64,000 nucleotides of DNA. Origin: Octopus sinensis (taxonomy: Eukaryota). The first letter of the stretch is position 1. Every line of letters begins with the position of its first letter. The notes beneath the pieces are model-generated. The model was not told the DNA's origin and did no database searches. It saw only the letters and a list, made by a program, of their open reading frames with translations. Shown here piece by piece: positions 10,094-22,914 of this stretch. Both the position numbers and the translations under genes were made by a program. Where the stretch lies: assembly GCF_006345805.1 (NCBI RefSeq), contig NC_043002.1, positions 54,250,001 to 54,314,000 of the forward strand, in the 5' to 3' direction.

Positions 10094-13000
10094 AAGACCT
10101 TGTGGTAGGTAACCACTGACAAACCGGAAAGACAGGCATCTTGGAAAGACAAGAGGACTGCTCGGAAAGACGAGCGGACAATAGGAAAGACTGGCGGAGG
10201 CTGCGGACTTACAATCCTTGCCTCTGTAATATATTGTAACGGAAATAACTGGAAATGACAGCCCCATGATTGACCGAGAGAGGAGAGTCAAGAATCAATC
10301 AAACCCAGTCAGCACGGGAATGACCTTGGAAACGAATATGATTATTCATTCGAACAGCGAACGAAATGCAAACAACTTTGGATGCAAGCTGTGTTATAGA
10401 ACCTTTGCAACTGTGAGAGGCTTGAAGATACATCAGGGAAAGACTTGTGAAAAGAGGACAGAGCAGTGTGGATCGTCAGATCGTAAAACACGTGGCAAAT
10501 CATCCCCGGACTCAAACCACAGCGGATCGATAAATGCTACAGCAGAGACCTCTTCACGTGATGAAACTACAAGTCATGAAACTGGTGCATTGGATAATAC
10601 TCAGAGGAAACCGAGAGTTTTGTGGCCTGCTGCTAATGAGAAAGTGAAATATAAAGAGTTTGAAAACAAGGTTTGTCGGGCTCTTTATAAAATGACAGGC
10701 TCTACAGTGGAGAAACTGGGTAAATTATCAAGCTCAATATACGATATAGGAAAAGATTTATTTGGAATAAAAGAGAATATCCGACTAGAGAAAGGAAAGT
10801 GTGGACCAAGCAGGAGGATCAGAAAAATGCAGCAGTTGAGGAAGGAAAAGTCCGACTTAAGAAAGCGATGGAGATGTGCTGCACTAGATGAGAAACCTGG
10901 CCTTGCGCTGCTGTATAACGATTTGAAGAGGAAATGTCATTATGTGCAACGACATATCCGCCGATATGAGCGTTGAAAAGAAAGTAAAAGGACTCGGGGC
11001 AGTTTCTGAAGGACCTGTACAGGTTTACTAAGAAGCTGTTCACTGAACCGAAGAGTGGTACTTAATCGTGCACTAAAGAAGAATTGGATGCTCATATCAA
11101 GGAAACCTACAGCGATCCGCACCATAACCAGCCGCTGCCACCTCTACATGGGCTAAATCATCTCTCAGGACCTGATATCGAATTCCAGATTGGGGACATC
11201 AGGGAGAGAGAGGTGAATGACTTCGTAAGAAAAGCTAGAGCAAAGAGTGCCCCAGGAGGTGATGGCGTCTCATATAAAGTCTACAAGTACTGCAATCGTC
11301 TGCGAAAGAAGCTCTTCATCCTACTCCGACAACTGTGGCGCGAGGAGACTATAGTAGAGGATTGGTGTAAGGCAGAAGGTATATACCTGCTGAAAGAGGC
11401 CAATGCAAAGACCATAAAACAATTTAGGCCGATATCCTTATTGAATGTGGAAGGCAAGATCTTTATGGGAATTCTGTCGAGGAGAGCAGTGTCATATTTA
11501 CAGAAAAATGGATATGTTGATGAATCTGTTCAAAAGGCCGGAATCCTCGGGATCCCTGGATGCGTTGAACACTGTTTTTCGATTTGGAAAGTGATCCAGG
11601 ATGCCAAACAGAACAAGAAAAGTCTGAACGTGGTATGGCTCGACCTAGCTAACGCGTATGGTTCAGTGCCACACAAATTACTAATAACAGCCATGGACCA
11701 CTTCCACATTCCTGACAAAGTGATCAAAATAATGAGGATGTACTATGACAGTTTCGAAATGAGGTTTACAACTGGAAATTTTACAACAGATTGGCACCGA
11801 TTGGAGATTGGCATTGCTGCTGGCTGTACAATATCTGTCACGTGGTTTATCTTAGTCATGGAGATGATTTTGAAAGATGTAGATTTTTCGGAACAAATCA
11901 CCTAAGAAAGCCTTCATGGATGACGTTACACTTCTAGCTACAGATAAACAAATCATGCAGAATGCCCTCTTGAGATTAGATGAATTTGTGAGGTGGTCAA
12001 GGATGCGATTTAGAGCAAAAAAGTCGCGTAGTCTGACATTTGTTAAGGGAGTGCAGAAAGAATTTAAGTTTCGAATATCTGAAGAAAGCATTCCAACAGT
12101 CAAGGAAGAGCCCGTCAAGAGCTTGGGTCGAGTATACGCTGGAACATTGTCAGACAGAAGTCGTGGGATTGAAATTATGAAACAGGCCGAGGCTGGGTTA
12201 TCAGCGATTGATAATTCGAAGTTACCAGGTAAATATAAAATTTGGTGCTTGCAGTTCGGCTTGTACCCGCGACTTGCGTGGCCACTTTTAATATACGAAG
12301 TAGCATTGTCACGAGTTGAAAGGATTGAACAAAAATGTAATGTGTTCATTAGAAAGTGGCTAGGCCTACCTCGTAAGTTGAACAGCTCAGCTCTTTATCG
12401 TAAAAGAGGTTCGTTGCAGCTACCAATAGCATCAATAGTCGAAATATATAAGCTGGGGAAGATACGGACGGTCATGATGCTGAGAGAATCGAAGGATATG
12501 GAAATCAGGCGTAACCCACCAGAGGTGAAAACAGCCAGGAAATGGAAAGCAGAAGCAGAAACTGACGACATCTTGTCTTCTCTTATACACAGAGATATGG
12601 TGGGAGCAACACAGAACCATCGGAAAGGACTTGGCTTTGGCGCAGATCAGTTCAGACCGTTTGCAAGCACGATGCCGAGTGAACGCAGATCTGTTGTTAG
12701 CAACAGCGTCAAAACAAGAGAAGCAGAGAGAAGAGAGCTTCATTTGATCCGATGTGTTCATCAAGGTCAGATGACGAGATGGGAAGAACATGTTGTTGAG
12801 AGGAAGATAAGTTGGGATGAGATGTGGAAGTGTACGACATCTCGGCTGAGTTTCCTGATTCGTTCATCTTATGATGTTTTGCCATCACCTACGAATCTAG
12901 TAAGATGGAACGTCTTAGAGAATGACATCTGCAAATGTGGAAAGGTCGGTACACTAAAACATATTCTTTCCAACTGTTCATTAGCATTGAACACGTACAC

Positions 13001-13789
13001 ATAGAGACACAACTTGGTCCTTAAGGTTATCTTCAATGCTATAAAGAACCAAATTCATCTCAACAACACTGAAAAATCGTTGAAGGTACCATCAAGAAAT
13101 TTCATTACCTTCGTGCGACCAGGTCAGCGGATCCGTTTCAAGAAGAAGATCAAGAAACTTCCTGAGAAAAATGAAAAGTAGAACGGCTATTGGGAGGTAA
13201 CTGCAGATTTACCTGGGTGCCAGGTTTTCTTTCCCATCCCAGTTTCGAAAAAACAGATATTTTGATGTGGTGTGAAAGAAGGAAAGTTGTAAATATAGTC
13301 GAGCTAACGGTTCCTCATGAAGATAATATGGACGCCGTTCGGGCTCGAAAACTGAACCGTTATGAAAACCTCCTCGAGGAATGTGAAGACGCAGGCTGGA
13401 AAGCGGAACATTTTCCTATCGAAGTCGGATGTAGAGGGTTTGTTGGACACAGCGTGAGACGACTGTTGTTATCACAAGGTCTAACTCATCGTAAAGTCAA
13501 TACCACCATGACTGATATCCAATCTACAGTGGAGAAGGCTAGCCACTAAATTTGCTTAAAAAGAAACGATGAGCGATGGCTAGAAGTATATTGAATTCTT
13601 CATAACCAGCTGATCTAGCAAGCGGGGCCTCATATCAGTGAGGGGGGCCAGTGCGCATTAATGCCGTCGAGAGGTAGGCCCCGAAACGGCGCGCATTCTC
13701 TCCTGATGACCCCATAAACTTGCTAGCTTTCGGTATACGGAGCTTTTAACTGGTAGCACTTGCATGTGCAACTTGTTTGCAAGACATCT
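10094..13789 (+). mobile_element. RLE-class non-LTR retrotransposon (HERO clade), near full-length, with stops/frameshifts
   Basis: N-terminal zinc finger CKLCYRTFATVRGLKIHQGKTC; RT motifs APGGDG, WLDLANAYGSVPH, GIAAGCTIS, FMDD; CCHC CKCGKVGTLKHILSNC; RLE motifs KTDI, ELTVPHE, PIEVGCRGF. ORF pieces are 10266-10976, 11084-11905, 11916-13004 and 13190-13549. Confidence 0.9.
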
Positions 13790-16378
13790 GTCAATAATTG
13801 ATTGATCACCTCGGCAAAAATGGTCGCCAAAACGCTGATATCATAATAGGTTTCGCGTTTTGGCACACCCGCAACAATCACCACCGACACAGGACATCCC
13901 TATTTAATCACGAAACGACTTAAATATTTATTAATACACACACACATCCACTACATTTGGTGACCCCGTAAAACGAATTGCGCCTTCCCCGGAACCAGTT
14001 TGCACATCACCCGGCAACGAAGCACCTGAAAATTCCGACGAAAACAATGGACCTCCCGGAACAGAATCCAGTGGCCAACATCATACCTCCGATCGACATG
14101 GCATTCCAAGCGGCGATTTCTTTGAAAATTCCACCATTCTGGACCCACGACCCTGCATTATAGTTTTACCATATAGAGGCACAGTTTACCTCTCACAGAA
14201 TACTGAGCGATGCGTCTCGACTTTCGCATGTTATCGGTTCTCTGTCGCCAGAAATAACAAACGTTATCCGTGATCTTATGGCACCACCCGGTTCTGTTTC
14301 GTACGAAGTTTTTAAAATCACGCTGATAAACAGAACCTCCGAATCGCAACAGCTTCTGATATCGGAAGAATTGGATGACAAAACGCCATCCCAGCTTCTT
14401 CGTAGAATGAAACAGCTTCTCGGAGATGAAAGCCTCCCAGAAAAAATATTAAAGCAGCTTTTTCTCCAGCGTCTGCCCTCCAATACCCAGGTTGTTCTCA
14501 CTTCTACCAGAGAAAATACACCCATTGAAGAACTGGCGGAGCTAGCTGACAAAATAGCCGAAGTACTGCACAAATATCCAACGGTATCGACGGTGACGCC
14601 AGCCGCTCCCAGTACCAATCCTTTCCATGCACAAACCAGTTCTTCCGAGATTTCGGACTTGCGTGCATTAATGATGCAGCAAGCTGCTCAAATACAGATC
14701 CTCACAGCCCAAATGCAGGCCCTAAAGCTTAGTCCCCAGCGTCGAAGCACCAGCCAATCGTGACGAGATGGCAGACGGTCCCGAAGCCCCAGTGTTACCT
14801 GCAACTCACATGACACGTGTTGGTACCACCGAACATTCGGAACACAGGCACAAAAATGTACGGTACCGTGCTCTTTTCCTCACCCAGTTCGGGAAACGGC
14901 ACAGCCAGGAATTGAACGCGATGGAAGTTCCTGGCTCGCACGCACACAGTTGCCTGTTTTTCGTTTGCGATCGAGTAACAGGCACGCGTTTCCTGGTTGA
15001 CACCGGTGCGGAAGTCAGCATCATCCCAGTCTCCAACACTTCTGGAAAAAGAAAAGAGACATCAGTCTGTCTTCAGGCAGTCAACCATTCACCCATTCCA
15101 ACCTACGGTGAACAGTCCCTAACATTGAACTTAGGACTACGCCACACATTTCAGTGGGTATTCGTCGTCGCTAAACTGCCGACCCCTATCTTAGGAGCCA
15201 ATTTCTTGCATCATTTCGGTCTCCTGGTAGACATAAAGAACAGACGACTTGACACCACCACCACCAAGCTTACTGTGCACGGTATAGCCGCTCGAATGGA
15301 CACAGTCAGCCCAACTGTAATGCTTACAAACAACGACTCGTCACAGTTCCATCCTGAATGAATATCCAGACGTTGCTCGACCAGTATTCTACAACCAGCC
15401 GATCAAGCACGACGTTACCCACCACATCAAAACCAGCTGTCCACCTGTTGCTGCAAGACCCAGAAGGCCACCACCCGATCGCCTCAAGGCCGTCAAGCGG
15501 GAATTCCAGCACATGCTCGACCTTGGAATCATCCGCCCTTCCAGCAGCAACTGGTCCTCGCCGAGACACTACGTCCCAAAAAAATCATCGACCGATTGGT
15601 GGGTTTGCGGCGATTATCGATCGCTGAATAAAAGTACTATCAGTGATGCCTATCCGGTGCCCTTTCTTCAAGACTTTTCGAGCTCGCTGGATGGAGCTCG
15701 CATCTTTTCCAAAATCGACCTTGTGCAAGCATACAACCAAATCCCAGTGGAACCTGTGGACATCTCGAAAACAGCAGTTACTACACCTTTCGGAATGTTT
15801 GAATTCCTGCATATGCCTTTCGGTTTACGCAACGCGGCACAGACATTCCAAATGTTTATCGACATGGTGACTAGAGGTTTGCCTTTCCGCAAATACGGTG
15901 TTGTTATCAACCCCAGTAAATGTTCGTTCGGAGTTGCTTCCCTTCATTTTCTCGGACACATCGATGATAAGGATGGAATTCGTCCCCTTCCCGAGAAAGT
16001 CAAGGCCTTCATGGATTTTCCACCACCCACATCCCTCCGCAAATTAAGGGAATATCTCGGTCTAGTGAATTTCTATCGACGGTTCGTACCCCACTTCGCT
16101 GAGATAGCGCAACCGCTCACGGCTTTGCTACGTCAGCGAACTTGCAAAAATACGGAAATTGCACTGACCGAAGATCAACTCGCCTCTTTCGCTGCTCTGA
16201 AAAAAGCGTTATCCAACGCTACCATGTTGGTTTATCCAAAACCAGACGCCCCACGGTGTTTACTCGTTGATGCATCCGATTCTGGAGTTGGAGGTGTACT
16301 ACAGCAGCTTGTTGACGGTATATGGCAACTGTTGTCCTTCTTTTCTAAGCAGTTAAAACCCGCGGAAACCAAATACAA
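13790..16378 (+). mobile_element. CsRn1-clade Gypsy element, 3'-truncated in RNase H (LTR end, tRNA-Trp PBS, gag, PR, RT)
   Basis: LTR end ...CTACA at 13955; PBS TGGTGACCCCG at 13958-13968 (complement of the tRNA-Trp 3' end). gag AISLKIPPFW; slippery GGGAAAC at 14891-14897; [36 protein letters not shown]. Confidence 0.9.
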
Positions 16379-17153
16379 TCTCTCTATCGTCTGTGTGTGC
16401 ACCGATGTGCTTGTCGGTATCCACAAAGTTTTCGCTGTGGTTGATGCGGAAGTGGGTATACCCGAGATTTCCAAGAGAGTTATATGCAGCCCAAGAATCG
16501 CTATATACTACCGACCCTTGGCGTATATATCGGGTAATTAAGGGGATCAGTGTGGCGGCATCTCGCCTTTCCTCTTCACCACACTCAGATGAAAGAGGTA
16601 TCAAAAATTTCTTTTTGGCTACTCGCTCGATCCCACCAGATAGTTTTTGTGAGTCTTCCTTGATTGTATTTCCTCCTTACAATAACTGTTTCATCAATCT
16701 CCACTTCAACTCCTGGTCCACCGATTTGGTCCTGGTAATTCTCTACCCAATGCTGATAAACCTCGGAGCAGAAGGATCGCCAATCAATTGAGGTCGGATA
16801 CGAAATGTTCAAATTTTCCACGACTAATGCGTGCGACCAACAGTCTGTGAAGAAGTAATTCACAAATAACAAGATTTTACAGGGTGGTAGCTGACTCCGC
16901 TCCAAAAATGTGTTGCTGTATAGGGATATTGAATACTACATCGCGTTGGCCTTTGCCTTCGACGGCGAACAGTCCTTCCACATCGGAAGATGTTTGTATT
17001 TTCGCGCAATCTACATGGTAAATTGCATCTAGGGCAGTCAACTGTGTTGGGAATGATATTATGTTTTCGAAAGAAATCTAATGCCTCACTGTCATTAGTA
17101 AATCTGCGAATCCCATCCTGTAATGTTAATTCACATGAATTGCAAAGTGCCAT
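16376..17153 (-). mobile_element. Merlin (IS1016/ISXO2-like) DDE transposase, frameshifted, C-terminally truncated
   Basis: N-terminal CPRC zinc motif, [42 protein letters not shown]...HTQTIERL. Confidence 0.88.
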
Positions 17154-17337
17154 TCTCTATCATACAACTTAACGCTTGTGTATCTACGACTGAAATGAAT
17201 ATGAACTTGTTCTGTACCAAAGAGCGGGAAATCCTCCACACCAGAAGAATGGATGAGTAAACACTGGTCAATGAAAGGTCAGTCTTTTGTCTAAGAACAG
17301 TTGTTTACAAGACGATTGTTGGTACCAAGTTCTATTC

Positions 17338-17395
17338 AAGTTGTCCCTAAGGACAGTCATCCTTCCTTAAGGACGACTGTCCTTAGGGACAACTT
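17338..17395. repeat. 58-nt near-perfect hairpin (21-bp arms plus 5-bp inner stem)
   Basis: AAGTTGTCCCTAAGGACAGTC (17338-17358) is the exact reverse complement of GACTGTCCTTAGGGACAACTT (17375-17395). Confidence 0.95.
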
Positions 17396-17630
17396 CCGCA
17401 TCAACCACAGCGCAAACTTTGTGGATCCGACAAACGCGTCGGTGCACACACAGACGATAGAGAGATTGTGGGGGTCAGTGAAGAGATCGGTTGTTCGCCC
17501 AGGCATTCGTGCCTGTTACTTAAAACAATACCTCGCGAAGTTCCTTTTTTTGGACAGCATTAAACCTGCTGCCAAGAGAATACACGTATTCTTATTGGCA
17601 GCAGCAAGTCTTTATCCTGGCCCGCGATAA
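17396..17630 (+). mobile_element. Merlin transposase C-terminal fragment in opposite orientation
   Basis: [29 protein letters not shown]...YLKQYLAKF; the first ~75 nt are an imperfect inverted copy of 16376-16452. Confidence 0.85.
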
Positions 17631-17954
17631 TTTTTTCCTCCAAACACAACCCATCTCATTTCTTTATCAACACTGTCGATGGACCACTCAAAGAGGTATG
17701 TATACATTATCATTTTCGTAACATAATTTCTGTAGTATTTCAAGATGTTTCTGACACGTATTTTGATTCACATGGCGGAGATCCAACATTTCTTCACTTT
17801 TTCCAGAATTTCTTCTCTTTATTTTTTTTTTTTTTGCGAAATATGTACAAAAATACGGAGTTTATGATTCATGTGTGTTCTTGATACTCGTTTAGAACAA
17901 GTAGTTTTACACCAATTACACTATTTTTTCTTAGTTTAAAGGCTGTGGACTGAA

Positions 17955-18345
17955 GATGGGAAATTTCCGAAGCCTCTCCCCCACCCCCCTTTCGCGAGCG
18001 CGCATTTTTTTTGTCATATTCGTTTAGAGCAAGTTGTTTTACACCTATTACGCTGTTTTTGTTCCCGGTTCAGACGCTTTCGGAAATTCCCAATATAAAT
18101 TTTCCGAGGCCTCTACCCCACCCCTCTCTCGCAAGAGCGCATTTTTTTTGTCATATTCGTTTAGAGCAAGTTGTTTTACACATATTACACTATTTTTTTT
18201 TTTGTTTTGGTGCCCGGGTCAGCCCCTCAGACGCTTTCGGAACTTCCCAAGGCCTCTCCCCCACCCCCCTTTCGCATGCAGGCATTTTTTTTTTTTCATA
18301 TTCGTTCATAGGAAGTTGTTTTACACCTATTACACACATTTTTTT
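17955..18345 (+). repeat. Three imperfect ~140-bp tandem repeats (probably transposon subterminal repeats)
   Basis: Recurring unit GCCTCTCCCCCACCCCCTTTCGC...CATATTCGTTTAGAGCAAGTTGTTTTACACCTATTAC. Confidence 0.75.
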
Positions 18346-18389
18346 TTTGATTTTCTGATAGGCGTAACGCCTTATATTAACCAGAAAAT

Positions 18390-21300
18390 CTAGACGAGTT
18401 GAAGCAAAACATAACAAGAGTTGGATTCGAAACCAAGGTGGAGCAATCCAAGGAGTTTCAAGAGAGCATTGAAAGAAAAATCGTAATTTTCAAAACGTAC
18501 AACATTAAGGAAAAAAGGACTGAGTTCACAAAAGAGGATCAGATAGAAAAATGTCTAAATCCCATATGGGATAAAGTAAAATTCATAGTGAGAGGTAAAA
18601 GGTTTGCCACGGTTGAGGTGAGGTTTGGCATGGAGGAGGAAGCGAGGTTCCATTTGGTGGAACCATTAACCCTTTCGTTACTAACCCGGCCGTAGCCAGC
18701 CGTAAAATTTTTTTGGTTCATAATACCAAGCCGGCCGTGAGAACCTATTGTTATTTAAATGTAAATTTGAACCCAAATCTCATTAGTACATTTGTTAAAA
18801 CATGTGATTTCACATTGTAAATAGTTAAGTTATAGTATCCGACATTGCTTGAAGTGATATCTCAACTCAGTGAATTTTGAGAGATTTTTTTTCCACATGT
18901 TTTTCGGCATCGATTTTTCTTCAACTTTGAAAATGGATAGGAGTTTCATGTTATCAAGCATTGATTCCGAATTTAAAGCTTTTTTAACGGAAAATAGGGA
19001 GATATTGAGAAAAAGAATGAAATAGGTACTAAAGCACATGGTGTACAAAATAATGAATTTTTTTTTATCCGAAAATGAAAGCAGCGCCTTCCGAAGAAAC
19101 AAAGCGGCGAAGGCGACAGCGAAGACGATTTTACATCGGAATGAAGTAAAAAAACTTTTTAAATGTTTTTATTAGCAATTTTTCTGAGGAGATAAAGTTT
19201 ATCTATAGCCTTTCTTAGGAAGTGAAATCATTAGACTTTTATTTTTTTCAGTATGCTAGTTTGAAGCGATCACTTCGGAAACAAGCTTACGCAGAATGTA
19301 AACAAAACACAAAATCGGGGTTCAAAGTTTGGAATATTTGTGAAGCAAATACTGGGTACTGTTGTGGATTTAGTTTTTATACAGGTAAACTAATGTTAGT
19401 CAGCATGGCTTAGGGTACGATGTGGTCTGGAAGTTATTGTTTGAAGCGATCAATGCGGAAACAAACTTACGCAGAACGTAAACAAACACAAAATCAGGGA
19501 TCAAATTTCGGAAAATTTGTGAAGCAAATTACTGGGTACTGCGTGGATTTAGTTTTTATACAGGGAAAATGTTAGTCAGCATGGCCTAGGGAACGATGTG
19601 GTCTGGAATTTATCACTTCCATACCATAACCAGGGCCGTATATTATTTTTTGACCGATTTCTTTAGTTCGGTCAAACTTACGGTGGATTCCAATATTTCA
19701 GTTTATTCCACCTTTATGGTACACCTGTTGTGCATTAAATTCAACTGATGATATAGTGATGTGCACAATTCTTCTTTATCAAAATTTTGTTGCATACCCA
19801 TTTGAATATTAGCTGATGATTCATTTTCTATAGTGATGTTTAAACAAAATTTTAATTTTTTACCTTTTGCTCAATTTAAAATTTTAATATTTTTACCTTT
19901 TGCTCAATTTACCTGGATTTACCTGTAATTAAAGTCACTTTGAGACAAAAGTTATGCAATAGAATTGATTAAGAACCCTTTCTTTAATTATGTTCCAAAT
20001 ATCACATTAAAATGTTGATAAGTAACAAAGTTATAGTTATTTAATGAAACAAGCCTAGATTCATGATTATTTTAGAATTTAATTGAAACTCATGAGGGGT
20101 GTATTTTGGTCAGAAATATAGTAACGAAAGGGTTAAAGACGGACGAGGTACTGCTCCTGCCCATATATATGTGCAGAAGGACCTCAAAAATTACAATAAC
20201 AAAGGTGCCGCCAGAGGTTGAGCCTGAGAAGCTGGTGGCGGCTGTGATTTTGGGCCTCGAGGCAAAACTCAATATTATCGATGCAGTTGTGAAGGAGGCA
20301 AAAAACTGGGCCGGCCAAAAAGTAATGATTATATTACAGGCTGAACCAGCCACATTAGAGGAAATTTGTGACAACCATCTACCTAGGTGCTTCCTATGCG
20401 GCAAAAAGGGACAGCTTAGGAAAAATTGCAAGCCGGCAGAGGAGGGGAGAACAGTCGAACCTTCAGCCTCTGCAGTAGCAGCGGCGGCAGAACCAGTATC
20501 AACACCAATACCAGAGGAAAAAGAAGGGGAGGGATGGATAGCAGCAACAACAAAAAGAAAACACAAGAATCCCTCCCCAGAAAAAGGAAGAAATGAAGGA
20601 AAAAAACGAGATTAAGAAGGCAAAAAAGCCGGGGAAAGCGAAAACATTGTCAATAACGCCTTCGTCGCGAATCGAAAGGTGGATGGTGAGGTAATAAGAC
20701 GTATCGAAACACAGCACCTGCAGGAGATAGAGGTGGATGAAAAGCTGAAAGAAAGAAATATAAAAATTGATAAGATAAGCCAAAAGATGTACAATGTGTT
20801 GGCAAATGATTTCAGGAAAGACGTGGGCCCTCTGCGGATGGAGGTTTCAAATCGTCTGTACGAGGGCCTGATCCAGCCGACTCCATGGGTCCCAGACAAA
20901 GAGGAGGCGGTTCTCCCTGGACTCAGAAGAAACAAAGTAAGTGATTTATGGGTGTTCAAGTAGGGTGTTTAAATGTGCATGGCCTGATGTCGAACTGGAA
21001 ACAGGGGCGTTTCCTAAACGACATCAGGTCACACGATTTAGATATTGTTGTAGCTACTGAAACTCAGTTGAAAGGGCCAAGAGATCTACTCCCGCTCCTG
21101 GATGACTACGAGAAATTTATTTCTCCATGTCGGCCGGGGGGGGGGGGAAGTGGGGTGTTGGTCCTACTTAAAAGGAATCGAGTTTCAGAGAAAAAGTTAA
21201 TTTTTGTTGACCCAGAAGGTAGGCTGGTCATCTTAGATCTGACTTTCAGTTGTGGTAAGGAGATCAGGCTGGTGGCGGTGTACGCATCCAATTCACATCA

Positions 21301-21450
21301 GGCTGATTACTTTCGAGACCTGGAGAAATTTCTAGGGACGTCAAAATCCATAGTGACGCTATTGTCAATGCGCGTGTCGATAGTGTTGGCTCCAAAGATG
21401 ATAGGAAACCTAACAGTAGCTTCCGAGATCTACTAAGTCGCTTTCAGCTA
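18390..21450 (+). mobile_element. Tx1/L1-clade LINE: ORF1 (zinc knuckle) and APE endonuclease start of ORF2; 3'-truncated and interrupted by piggyBac
   Basis: ORF1 pieces 18399-18669 and 20137-20615 (CFLCGKKGQLRKNC); ORF2 from 20948 reads GCLNVHGL...VATETQLK...GSGVLVLL...VDPEGRLV...VAVYA. Confidence 0.8.
18670..20132 (+). mobile_element. Non-autonomous piggyBac derivative (copy 1)
   Basis: TTAA at 18666-18669 and 20133-20136; 14-bp TIR CCCTTTCGTTACTA / TAGTAACGAAAGGG; internal transposase relic (FKVWNICEANTGYCCGFSFYTGK, locally tandem-duplicated; GYDVVWNL...FFDRF). Confidence 0.93.
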
Positions 21451-21474
21451 GTGTATATATATATATATATACTC

Positions 21475-21734
<260 letters not shown>

Positions 21735-22823
21735 TGCTGGCATGGGTTGGACAGTTTGATTAGAGCTGATAAGCAGGAGAGCTGCACCAGGCTCCTGTCT
21801 GATTTGATTTGGTTTTTATAGCTGGTAGCCCTTCCTATTGCCAACCACTTTACAGTGTGTGCTGGGTGCTTTTAATGTGTAGCCAGCACAAGCATGTTAT
21901 CATTTTAGTAAGAATTTATCATATACTTGTCTGTTTGAGGTCACTGCGTCATTGAAAATAACTCCACACATGGTGCCTTACAGTCTAACTACCTCAATTC
22001 AATTACGACTCAAATAATCTTGAACTTTTTTCATGCTTTCTGTATTTGCAATTTGATATCTCTAAAGTGAATGTATCTTGTCATTATCAACCTGGCCTAT
22101 TTATTTAGACCTAAACTGGATGTTATTGCTCTTATTAGTCTTATTTATTAAATTTTGATAATTCTGTCTGAGATGATTCTTTGAACATAAAGCAAACGTA
22201 ACGAAAGGTTCAAAATATCAAGTTTTGTTTTTTTACATTAGATTGTGGCCATGCTGGGTCACAAGGATTTTTAGCGCATGAATAGACCCCAGTACTCAGG
22301 ATTTTTTTTAAAGCCTGGTTACGGGGACATAAACACACCAACACCGGTTGTCAAGTGTTGCTGGGGAAAACACAAAGGCACACACATATTCATATATATG
22401 TATGTATACAGCAGGCTTCTTTCAGTTTCCATCTACCAAATCCACTCACAAGGCCGAGACTATAGTAGAAGTACTGAATCTAAAACCATGTGGCAGGGAA
22501 GGAAGCTTCTTCCCACACACCCACGCCTATGCCACACAGTCACCAATTATTTTATGAGGTTCTTGCCCAACGAGACATACAATCTTATTTGGTTAAGTGT
22601 ACATTATCAGAATACAGGAGTTTAACATGGCATAAATATGGAGCTTTAACAGGTGCATTTAAAGCACATCATACATTTGTGTGTGTGTGTGGTAATTTGT
22701 TTAGCTATGTGAGTAGCTAAGGTAATTGCATATTTGCATCTTTATGCACTACTTTTGAATTCACAATAAAAATATATATATATATATATATACGCGAGAA
22801 AGAAGCAACAAGAATGGATAGGT

Positions 22824-22914
22824 TTTTAGTACAATAGTTTCATACAAGGACAGGCTTTATTAAAAGTTGCAAAAATTACAGCATATAAACGTGTCCCGTA
22901 CTCATCAGCTAAAA
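22824..22914 (-). ncRNA. Type-I hammerhead ribozyme (left arm)
   Basis: Minus strand reads TTTTAG-CTGATGA-GTACGGGACA...TGTCCTTGTAT-GAAA-CTATTG-TA-CTAAAA. Confidence 0.85.

Noticed and set aside
13627-13700. HDV-like double pseudoknot in the HERO 3' UTR (P1 GGGGCCT/AGGCCCC, P3 GCC/GGT, 7-nt L3, TC/GA P1.1)
   Set aside because: L3 lacks the conserved first U, J4/2 lacks the conserved A, and P2 is separated from P3 by 6 nt. The sister copy at ~9.9 kb breaks P3, P1 and P1.1, whereas the rod-like fold is largely kept.
13702-13712. CTGATGA in the HERO 3' UTR as a hammerhead core
   Set aside because: No stem II/GAAA follows; it is better explained as the complement of the upstream TCATATCAG.
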